A stretch of 63,223 bases of DNA, filler included, from Neoconidiobolus thromboides FSU 785 (GCA_025603075.1; 5 parts of 5 records of this genome joined end to end with filler, not necessarily neighbours in it); one strand, 5' to 3'. Positions 1 to 12,757 are shown, numbered from the whole stretch's first letter. Program-made: numbers and translations. Notes: a model not told the origin generated them from the letters alone.

Positions 1-4
1 AAAA

Positions 5-973
5 ATGGCTTTAAATACTATTCCAAAAGAATATAGGAGTGTAGCTATTGTAGGTGGTACTGGTGAGCTTGGAAAATATATTGTTAGAGAATTTCTTAAA
101 CATCAACAAGTTAATATAAGAATAATTACCAGAAAAGGGAGTAACAATAAAGACGGCCTACTATCCGAATATAAATCTAATAATGCAGCAATTTATCCAG
201 TTGATTATAATAATATAGACAATTTAAATGAAGCTTTTAAAGGAATTGATGTCGTTATTTCAACTATAGGTAGTGAAGGGTTATCAACTATACAAAGCAA
301 TTTGATTAAAGCAGCCGTCAGTTCCAAGATCAAATTGTTTATACCATCCGAATTCGGTAGTGAAGTTGAGGGTAAAACTAATCCATTATTTTTACAAAAG
401 ATCGAAATTCGAAATCAAATTAAAGAATCTGGTTTGAATTATATTTATTATACCAACGGTTTTTTTATTCAACACATTATTACTGACTTTTATGGTATTG
501 ATATTAAGAATTCTAAGGCTCAAATTGTTGGTAAAGGAGATACTCAATTCACAGTAACTAGTTTGAATGATGTAGCTAAATTTGTTTATCAAACTTATTA
601 TTTATCAGTTTTTAAGAATACCACCGTAAATATTGTTGGTGAAAATACAACTATCAATAAGATATTAAAAGATATCACCAAAGTTACTGGTAAAAAGTTT
701 AAAGCAACTCATATTTCGTTAGCTGAGGTACAAAAAGTTTTGGATAATCCAAATATTGATTTCTTTGGTAAAATATCATATTATCTTCGTAAAGATATCG
801 AATTAGGTGATATTAAGTTGCCAAGTAATCATAATGATTTAGTAAATTTCAAATCTACTTCAGTTCTTGATGTTGTTAAAACTAATTATGCCAAAGTCTC
901 ATCTTGCTCTAATACTTTATCTACTTTTTGTACATCTTTAAAATCAAACAAGTTGCTTAACTTCTTTAAATAG
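5..973 (+). CDS. NmrA/isoflavone-reductase-like atypical SDR oxidoreductase, single exon
   Basis: 322-aa ORF; N-terminal Rossmann GGTGELG; DVVISTIG; FIPSEFG motif typical of the NmrA/IFR family. Confidence 0.9.
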   Translation: MALNTIPKEYRSVAIVGGTGELGKYIVREFLKHQQVNIRIITRKGSNNKDGLLSEYKSNNAAIYPVDYNNIDNLNEAFKGIDVVISTIGSEGLSTIQSNLIKAAVSSKIKLFIPSEFGSEVEGKTNPLFLQKIEIRNQIKESGLNYIYYTNGFFIQHIITDFYGIDIKNSKAQIVGKGDTQFTVTSLNDVAKFVYQTYYLSVFKNTTVNIVGENTTINKILKDITKVTGKKFKATHISLAEVQKVLDNPNIDFFGKISYYLRKDIELGDIKLPSNHNDLVNFKSTSVLDVVKTNYAKVSSCSNTLSTFCTSLKSNKLLNFFK

Positions 974-2449
974 AGATACATTCATATTAAATAAATAAAT
1001 TTTAATCTTTTATTAATTTTATATTAGTTTTACTAATTTATAAATATTATTTTAAGACTATAAAAGCATAAACTCTATTACGCTTTATATGAAGCTAAAT
1101 CAAATTAATAGTTAATCGGTTCTTATGTGATAAACATAATTTCTAATTAAATCCTTTATTTATTTTAGATTATTTTTACATTATAGATTTAGAATAATTT
1201 TAACAAAGCATTAATTATTTAAAGGATAAAAACTTATAAATTAAAAAAAAACTCTGTTAATTTATATTTATTTCAAGTAATTATAAAAACAAGATTGGTC
1301 TATAAGGGAGATATTATAGTAAACTATTTTTCGAAAGTAACAAATTTCTTGTTCAGAACTTCTTTGTATTTAGATAAATTAATACTGAGATAAGTAAGCA
1401 ATGCATTTATCCTTTGTTGTTCATTTTTCAAAATGAGTCTGTCTATTCTCACATCCTTATGAATGATTTTAACCTAAGTATTAAATATTCTTATTAAATA
1501 AGGCTCTGAACCAATTCTAATATACTTCTTTAATATTGAGTGTTGATTAAACTGATGAGTGATGTTTAATACTATCTGAGGATTTAAATACTTAAATGTC
1601 CTCTGGTAAAAGAGATTTCATTGTAAAAAAATATAATAGACACCAAAAAAAGTTTTGACTTTTTAATCTTTCATAAGTTTTATCATTAAAAGTATAGTAA
1701 GATACTTGATTACGAACTAAAGAAAAAAACTGAGCATTAAATTCCGATAAATGAGCATAAATAGGCACATATCTTTTTACAATTTATAGTTTAGTATTAT
1801 CAGTTAAAATAGCTTCTAGATATTTATTATCATTTAATATATCATTATGTATTGGAACTAGTTGGAAATCACTAATGGATCTACATCCTAAATCAACTAA
1901 AGATCTTCGTTGGACTAATAGAACCATTATTGCAAAATAGTGTATATTATCAATAGCCACTACACTTTCATGCTTACATCTATTTTGATTCATCAACCGA
2001 CAACGAATAGTATTTATCTTATATCCTAAACATTATAAAATATAAAGAAATGATTTATTATTTTCAAAACAACAATCATCTCTTTTTTCTATTATTAGTT
2101 TTTTATATATATTTCTAGATCACAAACTTACCCTTCTAGTAGTATGAAGGTCACTGGGACCACATGGTTCCTCCTATTCAAAGTCGTTACTTTCTAAATA
2201 GTAAAAGTACAAAGTATTCCGATACGCCATTGAAGTTAAACACAACGTCACCGTTCCTTTTAGAGTTTCGAAGCTAGCTGGTAGTAAATTCGCTTCATAA
2301 TCGGCTTTGATAAAGTCAACTCGCTTTAAATGGTCTATCACTTGCTCAGTGGTATATTTATTTACTCTAGAATTATAATCAAACTCAAATATTCCGTTTC
2401 CTTTAGTCATTTTAAAATATTTAGTAGCCCAAGTTAATAGTAAACATAT

Positions 2450-2548
2450 AGGAGTGTTTTTTTTGACTTCATTATTTCTTCCATTTTTTAAGCGCTATTT
2501 AAGCGGAAAATTTATTAGTAAAATTCTTAAATACAAAAATACATCCCC
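2450..2548 (+). mobile_element. MITE-1 copy (orientation A)
   Basis: AGGAGTGTTTT...ACATCCCC; TSD ATAT/ATAT. Confidence 0.9.
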
Positions 2549-3180
2549 ATATATTATTTCCTTTATTGATATATATCTAACAACAAAGAGAGTTAATAGA
2601 TCGGTTCAATCAATCCTTGCTTTTATATTTCTTCAGCACTCAATGATTTTTTATTCGCAGATATAATTATAGCCTAATCTAATCGTAAAATTATATATCC
2701 TTGCCTGTTTATTCAGAATACTGATATTAGAGGTTTATTTAGTTATACTATGGGTTTTAACAGAAATCAATATTAAGGATGCCTAGTTTCAAAAAGAGAG
2801 TGATCAATCTTTATAATCGATATCCTTGAAGAGATAAACTCAATTTTCCCACATACAATAATGACGCAATCTAAAGTAGTGTTACTATGTTTAGCCAATA
2901 AACCGCTAAGTGGCTTATAATAGTATCTTCTCAACCATGATTTTGGTAAATTTTGTAAACAAACACCCTTTATATTCATAATCTATATGAGATGAATTAA
3001 ATAAATTACACTTAAAAATTCTACAAAAATTGTAAGCGTTTGTTTATGTTTGTTTTTCAGTAGTTAATAGTTAAATAATAGTAGTTTTTATACTTTTATG
3101 CTTAATGTTTATGTATTTCTATTGATATAATATTGTTTTTATAAGGTTCATATTAAAAAAACAGTGATTTTAATAGATAT

Positions 3181-3270
3181 GGAGATATCTTTTTTAAAGA
3201 ATTCTACTGCTAATTTTCCCACTCAAATAGCACTTAAAATGGAAAAAGTAGTGAAACCAAAAAGCACCTA
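3181..3270 (-). mobile_element. MITE-1 copy (orientation B)
   Basis: GGAGATATC...AAAGCACCTA; TSD ATAT/ATAT. Confidence 0.85.
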
Positions 3271-3348
3271 ATATATTAAAAACAACCCTCGTTTTAGAAC
3301 CAAATAAAAAAATAAATATAATTAATTTAGTTAATTAATGTAATATAT

Positions 3349-3447
3349 GGGAGTGTCTTTTTTGATTTCATTATTTTTTCCATTTTTTAAGTGCTATTTA
3401 AGTGGAAAATTTGTTAGTAAAATTCTTAAACACAAAAATCCATCACC
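3349..3447 (+). mobile_element. MITE-1 copy (A)
   Basis: GGGAGTGTC...CATCACC; TSD ATAT/ATAT; inverted relative to the 3181 copy. Confidence 0.9.
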
Positions 3448-4506
3448 ATATATTATAAAGATATTTAGTTCAATTAATCAGGTAGTTTTATTTCCTTTAT
3501 TAAATAAAAAGTACATGGCCATATTTCTAGAATAAAAGGCTTTATTTTATAGTAAGTTTTTAATAAATAATATGCAATACTACCTTTTCTTGTAAATACA
3601 TATCTAAGGCGGTGTTTATTTAGTAATAAAAAATAGAGTAAAAGATAGTAGAAAAGCCAATTGTAGCATTAAAGTAAGATAAGTACTTTAGAATCAACTA
3701 AAGTTTTTTATACCAAATAAACTCACTCCTAGAGCTCTTCTACCAGCTTTGGATTCATCCAATTTAAAGTAACTAAAAAAGTTTATTAAGTAGAAGGCGC
3801 TTCTATTCAAGAATAAATGAAGAAGTAGGAAATAGACCACGTTTGTTCCCAAATACCATTTCGCAGTAATGTTTATAAACAATTCATATCGCAGAGATTA
3901 TAAGAAGTGATAAATAGGAATTGGAATAAGGAGAAAATAGCATCCGAATAAAAAATAACACTTTATCTCAAAAAATATTAGTACTATCAGTGTTATTACC
4001 TACCTACAATACTATTTATAAAATATTTATTTTGTGACTCTATTGTTGAGCGATGATATTGTTATTTTTTCATCAAATAAAAACGAAATCAATATATTAT
4101 TAAACTGATATAATAATAGATTAATATATCAGTAAAGCCAAAAGATTAATGTACTGATTATGACAATAAAACCATATATCAATTTATCAATACACAGGTA
4201 AATTCAATACTTCATATCCATTCATTCTTATATTATAAATAAGTAAAATTAATCTATTAATATTCAAATTATAAATCTATATGATTAATTTATTGAAATC
4301 TCTTTAAATTAAATAGACAATCTGTTTTTAATAATCAATAAGATATCATTGGTATTTTGAAAATAAATCTATTTTTTGTTTATACAAAAATGATTAAACT
4401 ATAAATATCATAAATAATGTTATCTCTAATAAAAAATTAAAAGCAAAATAAATATCAAATGATTAAGCAACCTTATAATTTTTTATTACCTATTTTAAAA
4501 ATATCC

Positions 4507-6732
4507 TCATTCTACCATATAAACTTGCATCATATTATTAATAATAAAATTGATTTTTTTAACATCACTTATTGATAATCCTATTTCATGAACCTCATTT
4601 AATTCCTCAGTAATTAAACTTAATCGTTTATTTAAATTTTTAAGTGAAGTAGTGATAAACCAATATCTTTTAATGCAATCAAATAATAGTGGAAAATCAG
4701 ATAGACCATAAATAGACCAATAACTTAATGGAGACATATCTTTATATTGTTCAATAGTTGACTTTTTAGAATTTATTATATAATCTAAATAATCTTCTAA
4801 TTCCTCAAGACATTCGGTATAATTTTTTGGTTGGTTTAAATTAAAATAATGTGCTTTTATATATTTTTGTATCTTTCGAATCGCTTCTTGAGTCCTTATT
4901 TTTGGTAGTTTATAACTTAATTTCGATCCTGGATATAACAAATAATAAATATCTAAATTGAAATTACATTGTTCCAATCTATTAGTCAATAAATTCATTA
5001 TTTGTTCCTTTGTAACATAATTGAAATTATGTGCTTTTATATCTTCTTTGGGTTGATTCTCTCGAATAATTCTCATATATTCGAAAAACAAATTAGAAAA
5101 TTCATTTAATGGACTTGTACAATAATGTATTATATTTTCAAGTAATTTAAATATTAAACATATATCATCCATTTGTTTTAAGATAGTCTCCCATTTATTT
5201 AGTGTAAACTCATTGCGTAAACTTTTATCCTTTAAAATGTCATTATAACTTAATTGTTTTAGTAGTTTGTTGAAATTGCTAAAAAATTTGGGCCATACTT
5301 GAATATTTTCATAACTTTTAATCCATAACAAAAGATCCTTAAACTCCAATTTATATTGATCAATCATTCTTTTTAAATAATTATAATAATGATTGTTATT
5401 AATTTCAAAACAATTGTTATTTAACAATAAAACTAAATTATTAAAAAATCCCTCAAACTCTTTTAATTCCAATATATCCTTTAAAAAAAGAGAAAATGAA
5501 TTGTTTAAAAAAGAGATTATAAAAACATTTGGAATTTTGTCTTTTGTTATATTTATAATATTGCTATAACTTTCTATATCATCTAGAACTAGTGAGATAC
5601 ATTTATTAAAACCAAATCTCTTTCCAATTAAATCCACAATTTTTGAAAATTCTTCACTTAAATTAACTAATCTATTATATATAATATATTTAAAAAAATA
5701 GTTGTTACCTTGATCTATATTAACTAAGATTGTCAAATACTTAACATTTTCTTTAATTTTCACCATTTTAACTACAATCGAATAAAATTGACATTGTTGA
5801 ATTTCGGTATTGATCTTATCTTTTAAATTTCTATAAACATCTTTAATCACTGGTCTATATAATAAATTTAAATTTAAATTTTCCTTTTTCTTTAGCTTAT
5901 TTTTACTTAATAAATTAATGAAATAATCCAAACTTATACTTTTATGAAGATACTGTTGATTATATAACTTAAATGACTTTTTAAACTTTGATAGATTTAA
6001 TGTTCTTGGTTTTTTATATTTATGCTCTACTTTAGTTTCTTCTTTTCCATTATTGATATTAATGTTTTTTATTTGATAATCTCCCGTTTCAATAGTAAAC
6101 TCCCCGGATTGTTTTAGATTGCTTATACTAGAGCATGTGGTTGATTCTTGTTGGAAAGATTCTAGGTCCGATATCACTGCTAAATCATTTTGCTTCTTTG
6201 AAAAATTAAGCTTCTCATCAAAAAAAGATTTTTGACTAAAACTACGATCTTTGAAATTATTTAACTGATTGTTCAATTGTAAATTAACATTCTGATTTTC
6301 TTCAATATTATTGTTATCCCCTTTTGTTTTATTAATAAAACTCTCGGTTGGATTTTGGAAATCAACATCAATATTATTTTCTAATTTATATTTACCACTA
6401 CAACTACCATTAAATAAATGAAAATATAAATCCACTTGATCTTTTCTAATATTTTTTTTACATTTTTTACAACAACCAATATCATTTCTTAAATTCTCTA
6501 TATAAATAGTATAATCAATCTGTTGATTTTTAAATCCTTTTAGTAAATGATTATTATAAAACTCTTTTTCTTGAGCTGATTGACTTATACATTGTCCATT
6601 AATTAAATGACGATAAACTTCTTTTTTAGATAAGAGTAAATTAGTTTGGCATCGTTTACAGGACCCATATGTTACACTGTTAATTAATGTTACATAATCC
6701 AATATATTAAACTGTTGAATTAAATTGGACAT
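4507..6732 (-). CDS. hAT-transposase-derived protein with two BED-like Zn fingers and degenerate catalytic residues
   Basis: ~741-aa intact ORF from first ATG (ORF track starts at an upstream TTG); two CxxC..Hx5C motifs; SIVVKM and SLVLDD strands at the DDE positions; C-terminal PLSYW..FPLL..IKRYWFITTS resembles the hAT dimerisation domain. Confidence 0.7.
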   Translation of the reverse strand: MSNLIQQFNILDYVTLINSVTYGSCKRCQTNLLLSKKEVYRHLINGQCISQSAQEKEFYNNHLLKGFKNQQIDYTIYIENLRNDIGCCKKCKKNIRKDQVDLYFHLFNGSCSGKYKLENNIDVDFQNPTESFINKTKGDNNNIEENQNVNLQLNNQLNNFKDRSFSQKSFFDEKLNFSKKQNDLAVISDLESFQQESTTCSSISNLKQSGEFTIETGDYQIKNININNGKEETKVEHKYKKPRTLNLSKFKKSFKLYNQQYLHKSISLDYFINLLSKNKLKKKENLNLNLLYRPVIKDVYRNLKDKINTEIQQCQFYSIVVKMVKIKENVKYLTILVNIDQGNNYFFKYIIYNRLVNLSEEFSKIVDLIGKRFGFNKCISLVLDDIESYSNIINITKDKIPNVFIISFLNNSFSLFLKDILELKEFEGFFNNLVLLLNNNCFEINNNHYYNYLKRMIDQYKLEFKDLLLWIKSYENIQVWPKFFSNFNKLLKQLSYNDILKDKSLRNEFTLNKWETILKQMDDICLIFKLLENIIHYCTSPLNEFSNLFFEYMRIIRENQPKEDIKAHNFNYVTKEQIMNLLTNRLEQCNFNLDIYYLLYPGSKLSYKLPKIRTQEAIRKIQKYIKAHYFNLNQPKNYTECLEELEDYLDYIINSKKSTIEQYKDMSPLSYWSIYGLSDFPLLFDCIKRYWFITTSLKNLNKRLSLITEELNEVHEIGLSISDVKKINFIINNMMQVYMVE

Positions 6733-7311
6733 CAAAAGTTCAACTTTAGAAAATAAATGAAGCTTTTGATTCAAAATATTCTATCTTGGGATTTTTTTAA
6801 TTGGTTAATGAGTAGTGCTAAAATGCAATAACTAACTACATTGTACAGTGTTTTGCAAAGATGTTATAAAATAAGAGATGATTATTATAGATAATCAAAA
6901 CTTGAATGAATTTTATTTATGAAAGAAAAATGAACTAAAAACTTTAAAATAAATATTATGAATTATAAAAATTTACCTAAAGATCAGACTTTATCAATAG
7001 AAGGTGCAAAAAACATTATTTAAATTACAATTCTTTTTAATACAAACCTATTATATTAGCATACGATAAAAATATTGATTGAATTTATGCAAATCATTAA
7101 TATAGCATAAAAAATATAATTGTAATAAGCTAAAATCGAATTTACCTAATTTATTATTGAAAAATATACAAATTAAATTTAACAATATAATTAGCAATAC
7201 CCTTCAAAGACAAAATAAAATACGATTGGTTTATAAATCATATTACTATTCAAAGGTAATTTTGTATAAGCAAAGTCAAGTAAGTGTAATATAGTATAAT
7301 ATTTAGTTTAT

Positions 7312-9466
7312 TTATTTTTTCTTAACAAAAAGTTCATAATCAATTGGCTCATCTAAACATTTAGTCAATGAATCAAAATTAATTTTCCTAGTTTGTGGTA
7401 TTTGTTTTAGTACTTGTTTTGTTGCTTCAGCTAAATTATCGGAATCAGCATACAGTTTTTTTTTAGGGCCTCGCTACAATTAATAATTATAATTAATAAT
7501 TAAATTGAGTTTTAGACAAAATAATTGCTTGACTCTTACTTTAATCTTTTTCTTTATAATTCCATTCCTTTCTTCTTCTCTCAATCGTTCTTCTTTAGCT
7601 GAATTATATAAATTAATATAAACAATTGAATAATCAAAACTCAGAATAAAATAGTACCTTTTTGAGCTGCTAAATAGTCTGCATTTTCACCTGTCCAAAC
7701 TTCTGTTTTCCTTTCGATTTCATTTTGATTTAAAAACATATTTTGTAATTCAATATCATCATCTAACTCATTTAAATTTCCATCATCATCTCCTTCTTCT
7801 TCATTTTCTTCCCATTTTTCATAATCTAAAAATAACTATTTTGTTAAATTCAAATAAGATAAAATAAAATAAAATTGCCTGTTTTTATTTTAACAATTGA
7901 AGTTTTCGGTTCTGCTATATAATTATTAATTTCTTCTTTTAAATTAATTTCTTCTTCAGCTTCATCTAATGACATTTCTGAAGATGTTTTTTGATGGCTT
8001 TCCTCTATTCAAATTAATAAAATTTTTTACTTTAAACATTTAATCAACTTACCATCCACATTATTCGCTTCCTTTCCAATTCCTTTTTCGACTTCTATAT
8101 TACTGATTTTTATACTTTTATTAAGATTTCTATCATATTTATCTATTTCTATCACTTCATTTGATACTTTTCCATTAAAATTGGAAAGATTGGCTTCAAC
8201 AGTTTCTTCCTTTTTCTTAACTAACAGCGCTCTTTCAGCTAAGGATTCCGCTTTACGAGCACGCTTATAAGCAGGAGGATCTTCAAAAGCTTCCAAATTA
8301 ATGTTATGGAAATCATCTACCGTCATTTTTCCTGTTTCTGTACTTGCAAATTCTTCCAATCTATTTAAAAATGAATTTTCATTTTAATTAATTAAATTTT
8401 GATTGACCTCTTTTTAACCGTATCACTTGACATTCTTACGATTTTAACAATTTGATTAATATTTCGATTAAAATGATGGATACGAGATGCTATTAATAAA
8501 CCTAACGTTTAAATATAAATTTAAGAATCCCAACTAAACTTATAAAAAAAAGTACTAGCACCGCAGATCCCTGCTGGTCTTCTACCAGTCGTCATCCAAT
8601 CTCTTTTCATTCTGGTGACTAACCGAATAGCTGTTTCTGCCACTTTATGTTGTTTATCACCAAAGCCAAGACAAGCAGCAAATCTTGAAATATACAAAGA
8701 AGGATCAACTAAAGCTACTTCACTTTTTAAATTTAATAAACCAACTAATTTAACGAAGGCTGAACCTAAAGTAAATACACTAGCCTATTTATAAACCATA
8801 AATAAAAACAACTTAATAAATAAAATTTACTTCGGCTAAATCCGAAAAATCAATCAACATATGAGTGGTTTGATTCACTCGACAAGCAGCATATAAACAA
8901 ACTGCAATAGTGACTTCTGATTTACGACCACGAGAAAAATTATGAATCAATAAAAGTTTAAAAAAATTCATAGCTTTATCAACATAATGATCCGCCAAAT
9001 AAAGCGCAGTGCCAAATTTTCGTGCTAATTCATTAGCTAAGAAATATCAACATCAACACGATTCATTATTTCTTTTTTTTATTGATTTACCTTTTGTTAT
9101 TGTTAATTCATTATTTGAACTATTTGTAAATGAACCCAGTCCAGTTCTTAATTTAGCACCACCTAAAAAACCGAATTAAAAATCATCATTCTACTCAACT
9201 AATTAACTAACATTACTTTGCCCGAAGCCCACCATAGTACCAACTAAACTATGGCCACCAAAAGCATTATCAGCAAAAGCAAGTTCGGAAACAATTGTAT
9301 TTTCTTCTTGTACCTAAAGAAATGAAACATTGATTTTATTAACGATGATAATGAAATGTTGAAAATTCCAAAAAAAAAAACCTACCGTACCACAACCAAT
9401 ACAAACTTTATTGCCTTCAGCTTCATACGTTTCAAAATTTACTCCACCACAACTTTTACAAGTCAT
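7312..9466 (-). CDS. BRF1: TFIIIB subunit Brf1 (TFIIB-related), multi-exon
   Basis: Exon 1 MTCKSCGG..VCIGCG Zn ribbon; VQEENTIVSE; cyclin-fold GRKSEVTIAVCLYAACR..HMLIDFSD; GRRPAGICGA; acidic region; C-terminal RKINFDSL; GT-AG introns. Confidence 0.93.
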
Positions 9467-9866
9467 TTTTTGTTATTTCACTAAAAATTGAATATATATT
9501 TAAAAGTTGATGATGTTTTTCTATAATTAGCAAATATTATAGGACAGATTGAAGACCTAATAAGACTTTGAATCTAGAAGTCGATTTTTCATTTTTTAGT
9601 ACGCAATTTTCAAGGCTTGGAACAGGATAAAAATTTCACTTTATCTTCAATAGAATAATATTTTAAAATAAATTCCAATATAAAAGTTGCCTGTTTAACG
9701 AATAAAGGGAACAAAAATCAAATACATAAATCGATAGAATAGATGTAAATATTATACTTAAAATCTATGGCTCTTTATTTTTATTATTTTTATTATTTTT
9801 ATTAACAAAGTAACTGATCAATCAGAAGTAAAAATTTATAACAGCAGAATTTTCAGGATATATATT

Positions 9867-9963
9867 GGGGGTGTATTTTTTTATCTAATAATTTACCAAC
9901 AATCTTTCCATTTAAATAGTGCCTAAAAAATGGAAAAAGTGGTGAAACTAAAAAAATATCCCC
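9867..9963 (-). mobile_element. MITE-1 copy (B)
   Basis: GGGGGTGTA...ATATCCCC; TSD imperfect; ~400 bp upstream of BRF1 ATG. Confidence 0.85.
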
Positions 9964-10295
9964 ATTAAATAATTATGTTTTAACTTGAATTTAGAAAATC
10001 GTTGTAGTATTAAAAGTGTATTGAACTGTTCTATCACATTTGTCCATTTCAAAAAAATAAAATTTTATACCATATTCTTATATTTCCAGTAGTTCACATC
10101 AAACTATTCAATTTTAATTAACGCTAGTTAGAAGGTACTAAATTTTGAAAAAAACAAGTTGGCTATTAAAGGTCACTACTACTTATAGTTATTTTTTTAT
10201 CATTATTTGGGATTTATCACTACATTAAAACAAAACAATATTTCTAAAAATGTGTATTTTTGAGATGCTTTTAATATATCGAACTTCCCATCAAT

Positions 10296-10544
10296 CTTTT
10301 TACTAAGTGAGTAAAATTTTATATAAAAGTCATGACAATGAAATCGATTTTTTAAAGCTCATCTTAAAGCCTCTCATAATTAATTAAATCTGATTTTAGT
10401 CAATAATTTGTAAACATATATCTATACAGTACCACTCATTAGTGATTTGTGGTTGATTTATAAACATTGTTTTATGTTTAAAAAATAGCTATTATATTTA
10501 GTTTATCTAGGTTATCTCTTGAATCTAAAAGATAAATAAAGCTT
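10296..10544 (+). repeat. 249-bp direct repeat, copy 1
   Basis: CTTTTTACTAAGTGAG...GATAAATAAAGCTT identical by eye to 12758-13006 (offset 2462). Confidence 0.95.
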
Positions 10545-11392
10545 TATAAATAATAATTAGGTCACTTTAATCGGACTTTTAGGGTCTTTATAATTAAGGT
10601 TAAAATAATTAACAGGGAAAGAACGGTACCTCACTTTAAGTAGTTAATACTAAAACTCCCTAATAATGTAAAATACCCAATCAATACATCTATAATTAAT
10701 ATAAATATTCTTAATAATTGTTATTGTTTTGAACATTTAAAGGATCGTGCGATTTTGGATCATTAACAGTAACATTGAGGTAAATTGTAACTCAAATATC
10801 TAATTTGTAAAATAAAATACTTTATATTTTTATTTGATATATAACAATTATAAGACTATCCATTTAACTGATATATCAAAATAGCTACAATTTTTATTAT
10901 AAGTTTATTGTTAGAAGCCTAGTCACTGAAATAAAAAACACTTTTTTATTAGAATTACGTTAGTTTTACATTAATTAAACTCCTCTTAGGTGTAAAGAGT
11001 TATGTCCAATCTTAACAGTTTTAGATTTAAGCTGCACTTGCTTAATATGGATTTTATTATAAACGCAACCTACCTATTCTTTTAAATATTTCAGTATTAT
11101 ATAACAACCTTTATTAAATTAATTAAATATTATTACTATGCAATACTATTTTTTTCTTAAATTTAGTTTAAAGAACTTTATGCTTTATTTGTATGAAAGA
11201 CTTAACAGACACAGCTATTGAAGAGGGAGTATGATAAAAATAGGATCAGTACTTATAAGATAATCTTTAAATAATAATGAAATATGATAATAACTAGCAC
11301 TTCGGTTGTTTGGTATATAAACAACTTAAATATTGCAAAAATAAATATTATCGTTTAGGAAAAAATAGAATTGAAAACTAAAAATCTTTACC

Positions 11393-12034
11393 ATGAACAG
11401 CAAATTAGTCTTTTTACTCAGCGTTTTATTTACTTACATTATGTGTGAGCCAATTACTTTGTTTTTAGTAGGTTCCTATGGAATTGCTCTTGCTGGTGCT
11501 GCTATATTTAACGCTTTGGCTATAGGTACTGCTATTACTATCACTGGACTTGGTGTTGGTGCTGCATTAAAAGAGGCTGGGGTGTTTGATTCAAAGTCAA
11601 ATACTTTAAAATTAGATGATACTAAATATAAAGCTACTTTGTATTGCAAGAAATTCGAAGGTAATCTGGCTATAGTTGATTCTAAAATACAACGCTTCCT
11701 TACTAGTACTAACCTAAAACAGATGGATCTCTTACGTTATAAAGTTACTGATGAGGATTGGTTCTGTACTCAAACTGGACTAGCCAGTGGTAATATGATA
11801 ACTAAATTACAAGGTGAGATTGATTGTGAAATCTATGTTTCAAAAAAGAATGATAACTTAATTCCTTGTGGCGACCGTTATGGATGGAAATACGATAACA
11901 ATAATGCAACAAAAGTAATGTATTATAAAGTTGAGAATAAAGGGAAAACCGGTTACTATGTAATAGGTGATAATGGCCGTTTAGGTATAAGAGAATCCCT
12001 TGGCTACCCACCTTTGAAGCGTCGCTCTGTCTAA
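11393..12034 (+). CDS. Orphan secreted protein with signal peptide and Gly/Ala-rich hydrophobic helix
   Basis: 213-aa single-exon ORF, GC above flanks; signal peptide MNSKLVFLLSVLFTYIMC; GIALAGAAIFNALAIGTAITITGLGVGAAL; 4 Cys in the mature part. Confidence 0.85.
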   Translation: MNSKLVFLLSVLFTYIMCEPITLFLVGSYGIALAGAAIFNALAIGTAITITGLGVGAALKEAGVFDSKSNTLKLDDTKYKATLYCKKFEGNLAIVDSKIQRFLTSTNLKQMDLLRYKVTDEDWFCTQTGLASGNMITKLQGEIDCEIYVSKKNDNLIPCGDRYGWKYDNNNATKVMYYKVENKGKTGYYVIGDNGRLGIRESLGYPPLKRRSV

Positions 12035-12757
12035 TCCAAAAGTATCAATCACTCTGATGACAACTTTTTTGTTTTTGATCAGTCAATACTTTTGTACAAA
12101 TATCGAATCTTATTTTTGTTTTAAATTAGAATAAATTTAAACTATAGAAAAATACAGTCTTTATTTTAGCTTTAACTTGACCCTGATTTGGGCTTAGTAA
12201 CTGATAACAAAATTTTCAAAATGTATTAATACCATCTATTATGGCTGATTCACCTTGAATTTTAGGTCTGATTTTTATTTAAAATAGCTGTTTACTATTT
12301 TCAATTCAAGTAAAATTATATTAAAATTTTTAGTTCATAATTTTTGTTACATTTTAATAAGTTGTAGTTTATAAACTGATTTGAATTAGCTTTTTGACTC
12401 CCTTAATTTTACTGCTAAACTGATTTTGTACTATTATTTAAAATGAAAACTAACTCTCAAATGTTTTAGTTTTCTTTCATTTTTTTATTTCAAAATATTT
12501 CTAATTAATTATAATTTAACATTAGCAATACAAGAAAAAGATACTAGCAATAATAATAGTTGAAATAGTAGCATACTGGATTATATATATTTATAAGTAA
12601 GCTCTTAGTTTAAGTTTGGCATTGTAAGCTTTAATTCAAATCGTTGGTTTTAAGTACAAATCTTAAAAGATCAACCAACCAAATGACTGATTTTAAAAAG
12701 TATTGCTATTTCTTTTCAATTTGAGGTAAACCCAAGTATATAATATTTTATGTCAAC

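Noticed and set aside
1784-2979. Three short minus-strand ORFs (1784, 2174, 2773) with coding-like composition around a MITE
   Set aside because: Possibly one decayed gene, but no family motif or consistent splice model was recognisable
3694-3960. Minus-strand stretch with weak resemblance to a non-LTR reverse transcriptase motif
   Set aside because: One weak motif amid stops; not supportable
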